A stretch of 15,606 nucleotides of DNA from Gemmatimonadota bacterium (GTDB taxonomy: Bacteria > Gemmatimonadota > Gemmatimonadetes > Longimicrobiales > Gaopeijiaceae): the NCBI GenBank assembly GCA_039589315.1, contig JBDHHQ010000094.1, positions 1-15,606 on the forward strand, read 5' to 3'. A model generated the notes under the pieces. The model was not told where the DNA came from. It made no database searches and saw only the letters and a program-made list of their open reading frames with translations. Below, one piece after another: positions 13,393-15,606 of the stretch (position 1 is the stretch's first letter; each line of letters opens with the position of its first letter). The position numbers and the translations under genes were made by a program.

Positions 13393-15550
13393 GCCGGGGG
13401 ACGGGGGCGCGTCGACGCTGGGTCGCGTCTTCCGGCGGGGGCTGGCTGCCGGCCTGATCTTGATGGAGTGCTGGGCGCTCCAGGGGTGCGAGAGCAGAAC
13501 GCGGCCGTCGCCCAACCGACTGGATGCTCCCGTGAGTCCTCCCATACGACCTTCGGACGGCCTCCTGGGCGACACGGCCCTCCAGCGGATCGTCGATCTG
13601 CAGAACACGGGCTCGGCCTCGGGCATGCTGGAGCACCTGTACGGAGGACCACCGGCACGACGTGCCCGGGCCGCCCTGGCCATGGGCTCCATCCGGGAGG
13701 GGCGGGCCTTCCAGGCCGTTCGGGACCAGCTGAGCCACCCGGATCCCCGGGTTCGGTCGGACGCGGCGTTCGCCATCGGACAGATGCCCCGGTCCGACGC
13801 GACGCCGGTGCTGGGATTCGCACTGGAGGCCGAGGCCGACTCGCTCGCGCGCACCAGCATGGTGGAGGGTCTTGGCAAGGTAGGTGGCGCGACCGCAGCG
13901 GAGCAGTTGGCGGTGCGGCCTCTGGACGTTGCGGAGGCGGACCTGGTGCTCGCGCTGGCACGGATCGCGCTTCGAATCGACACGGCCTCTGCCGTCACGC
14001 TGGACCGGCTCACCGAGTCCCTCCAGTCGGCGGACGGACACGCACGGGAGATGGCTGCGTGGTATTTCGGCCGGGAACGCCGCACGGACCGGTGGTCCGA
14101 CCGCGTCGGCGCAGTCCGAGCGGCTTTGGACGGATACACCGTCGATGACCCCGCCGCGGCGGGCCTTGTTGGGGCATTGGGGCGTCTCGGGGACCCCACG
14201 GACGTACCACGCATCAAACGTTTACTGCGATCCGACGATTGGCGCCTCCGCGTGAGGGCCGCGGCGGCCCTGGGCAGCCTGGTCGCCGACGACGATGCTC
14301 GGGGCGCCCTGTTCGACGCGCTCGAGGACGGCTCCACACACGTGACCGTGGCTGCGGCCCAGTCCATCGGCGAGATCCGTCGTCTGTTGGATCCGGACAA
14401 GGACCGCATCGAGGGGTGGATCGATCAGCACCCGGACGATTGGCCAACGGCCGTGCCGCTCCTCGAGGCCCTGGCGGCCCAGGGGCGGGCGGGCTTCGTC
14501 CGCCAGTGGCTGGAGGCGCGGGCCGAGGCGGACGTGCACGTAAGGAGCCGGGGCATCCGGGCGTTGGCCCGGGCGCCCGACCAGGGTGTTACCCGTTCTC
14601 TGATGGACCTGGCCCGCTCGGATTCCTCCGCGCTGGCCGCGGCCGCGCTGGGCGGGCTCGTGGAGCGGTGGCCGATCGAGCGAGACAACCGGGAGCTGCA
14701 TCAGGCCTACTGGGACGCCTTCGCCGGGACGCTGGTGCGGGGGGACCGTGCGCTGGTGAGCACGGTCGCGCCCGTCATGTCGGATTCGGTGTTCCTGGCG
14801 CAAGGAGCGATCGAGCTTCTGGAGCAGACATACGTGGCCCTCACGCCTCTCCAGGACGTCGAGGCGGCCCAGGCCATCGCCGAGGCGTTGGGCGCTACCG
14901 AGGAGGCGGCCGCGATCCCAGCCCTCCAGCTGCTCATGAGCGATCCGCACCCTACCGTCCGGGAGCGGGCAGGCGAGCACGCGCAGCGGCTGTCCGGGCG
15001 GCGGGCCATGGTGTCGGACGAAGCGAGTCCGGTGGGCCGTTCGCCCGACTGGTCCGCGCTCGCCGGCTTGGGCCCCCACCCCCAACTGGTCCTCGAAACC
15101 GAGAAGGGCAGGATCGTGATCCGCATGGCCGCCGAGTTGGCTCCGGTCACTGTCCAGACCATCGCGGAGCTGGCCGGAGCGGGGCGGTACGACGGTGTGC
15201 CCTTCCACCGAGTGGTCCCTGACTTCGTGATCCAGGGTGGGGACTTCGAGCGGGGCGACGGCTACGGCGGTCCGGGCTTCGTGATCCGGTCGGAGATCAC
15301 CGGCATTCCGTATCGCCGGGGGGTGGTGGGGATGGCCAGCGCCGGCCGCGACACCGAAGGTAGCCAGTTCTTCATCACCCACTCGGCGCAGCCCCACCTC
15401 GACGGAGACTACACCGCCTTCGGTTGGGTGGTGGAGGGGATGGACGTGGTGGACCGCATCTACGAAGGCGACCACATCGTCAGCGCTCGCGTGGAGTCGG
15501 ACCCGGCGCCCGCGGGGGCAGACACGGCGGCCCCGCCGGATAGCCGCTGA
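13385..15550 (+). CDS. HEAT-repeat protein with C-terminal cyclophilin-type peptidyl-prolyl isomerase, possible lipoprotein
   Basis: Repeated HEAT/PBS-like units (DPRVRSDAAFAIG, DWRLRVRAAAALG, HVTVAAAQSIG, DPHPTVRERA). Cyclophilin motifs FHRVVPDFVIQGGD, GMASAGRDTEGSQFFI and HLDGDYTAFGWVVEGMDVV. LQG-C35 lipobox-like site. The TTG start is uncertain. Confidence 0.9.
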   Translation: MARPGDGGASTLGRVFRRGLAAGLILMECWALQGCESRTRPSPNRLDAPVSPPIRPSDGLLGDTALQRIVDLQNTGSASGMLEHLYGGPPARRARAALAMGSIREGRAFQAVRDQLSHPDPRVRSDAAFAIGQMPRSDATPVLGFALEAEADSLARTSMVEGLGKVGGATAAEQLAVRPLDVAEADLVLALARIALRIDTASAVTLDRLTESLQSADGHAREMAAWYFGRERRTDRWSDRVGAVRAALDGYTVDDPAAAGLVGALGRLGDPTDVPRIKRLLRSDDWRLRVRAAAALGSLVADDDARGALFDALEDGSTHVTVAAAQSIGEIRRLLDPDKDRIEGWIDQHPDDWPTAVPLLEALAAQGRAGFVRQWLEARAEADVHVRSRGIRALARAPDQGVTRSLMDLARSDSSALAAAALGGLVERWPIERDNRELHQAYWDAFAGTLVRGDRALVSTVAPVMSDSVFLAQGAIELLEQTYVALTPLQDVEAAQAIAEALGATEEAAAIPALQLLMSDPHPTVRERAGEHAQRLSGRRAMVSDEASPVGRSPDWSALAGLGPHPQLVLETEKGRIVIRMAAELAPVTVQTIAELAGAGRYDGVPFHRVVPDFVIQGGDFERGDGYGGPGFVIRSEITGIPYRRGVVGMASAGRDTEGSQFFITHSAQPHLDGDYTAFGWVVEGMDVVDRIYEGDHIVSARVESDPAPAGADTAAPPDSR

Positions 15551-15583
15551 CCAAGGTGCGGCAGGCAGATCTGTCCGTCGCGG

Positions 15584-15606
15584 ACCGGGTTGCGCGCGAG
15601 CCCGGT
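15584..15606 (+). terminator. Hairpin downstream of the cyclophilin gene, possible terminator cut by the window edge
   Basis: ACCGGGTT-GCGCGCG-AGCCCGGT forms an 8-bp stem with one G-U pair. Any U-tract would lie beyond the window. Confidence 0.3.

Noticed and set aside
1..15606. Mobile elements, prophage, defence systems, tRNA/rRNA
   Set aside because: I recognised no transposase, integrase, nuclease, terminal inverted repeats, tRNA cloverleaf or compositional island.

Overview
High-GC (roughly 70% by eye) bacterial chromosomal window. The gene families suggest a Gram-negative organism such as Gemmatimonadota (inference only). In order it holds: the 3' end of an Omp85/BamA-like beta-barrel gene broken by a frameshift at ~320-330; a minus-strand trio of a minimal GGQ release-factor/ArfB-like protein, an output-less REC-PAS-PAS regulator and a secreted protein with candidates for all six copper ligands of PHM/DBH-type monooxygenases plus a His/Met-rich tail; an AI-2E transporter and a conserved 'SGCSID' hypothetical; a cold-shock gene with a clear sigma70 promoter and terminator; a minus-strand run of Tag glycosylase, YheT-like hydrolase, PQQ sugar dehydrogenase and Na+:solute symporter; and an overlapping pair of predicted lipoproteins (M1 aminopeptidase and HEAT-repeat cyclophilin). 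I found no CRISPR array, IS element, rRNA or tRNA. The best candidate for an undescribed system is the Cys-free bacterial PHM-like copper enzyme with its upstream regulator. All family assignments are from motif recognition, not database searches.
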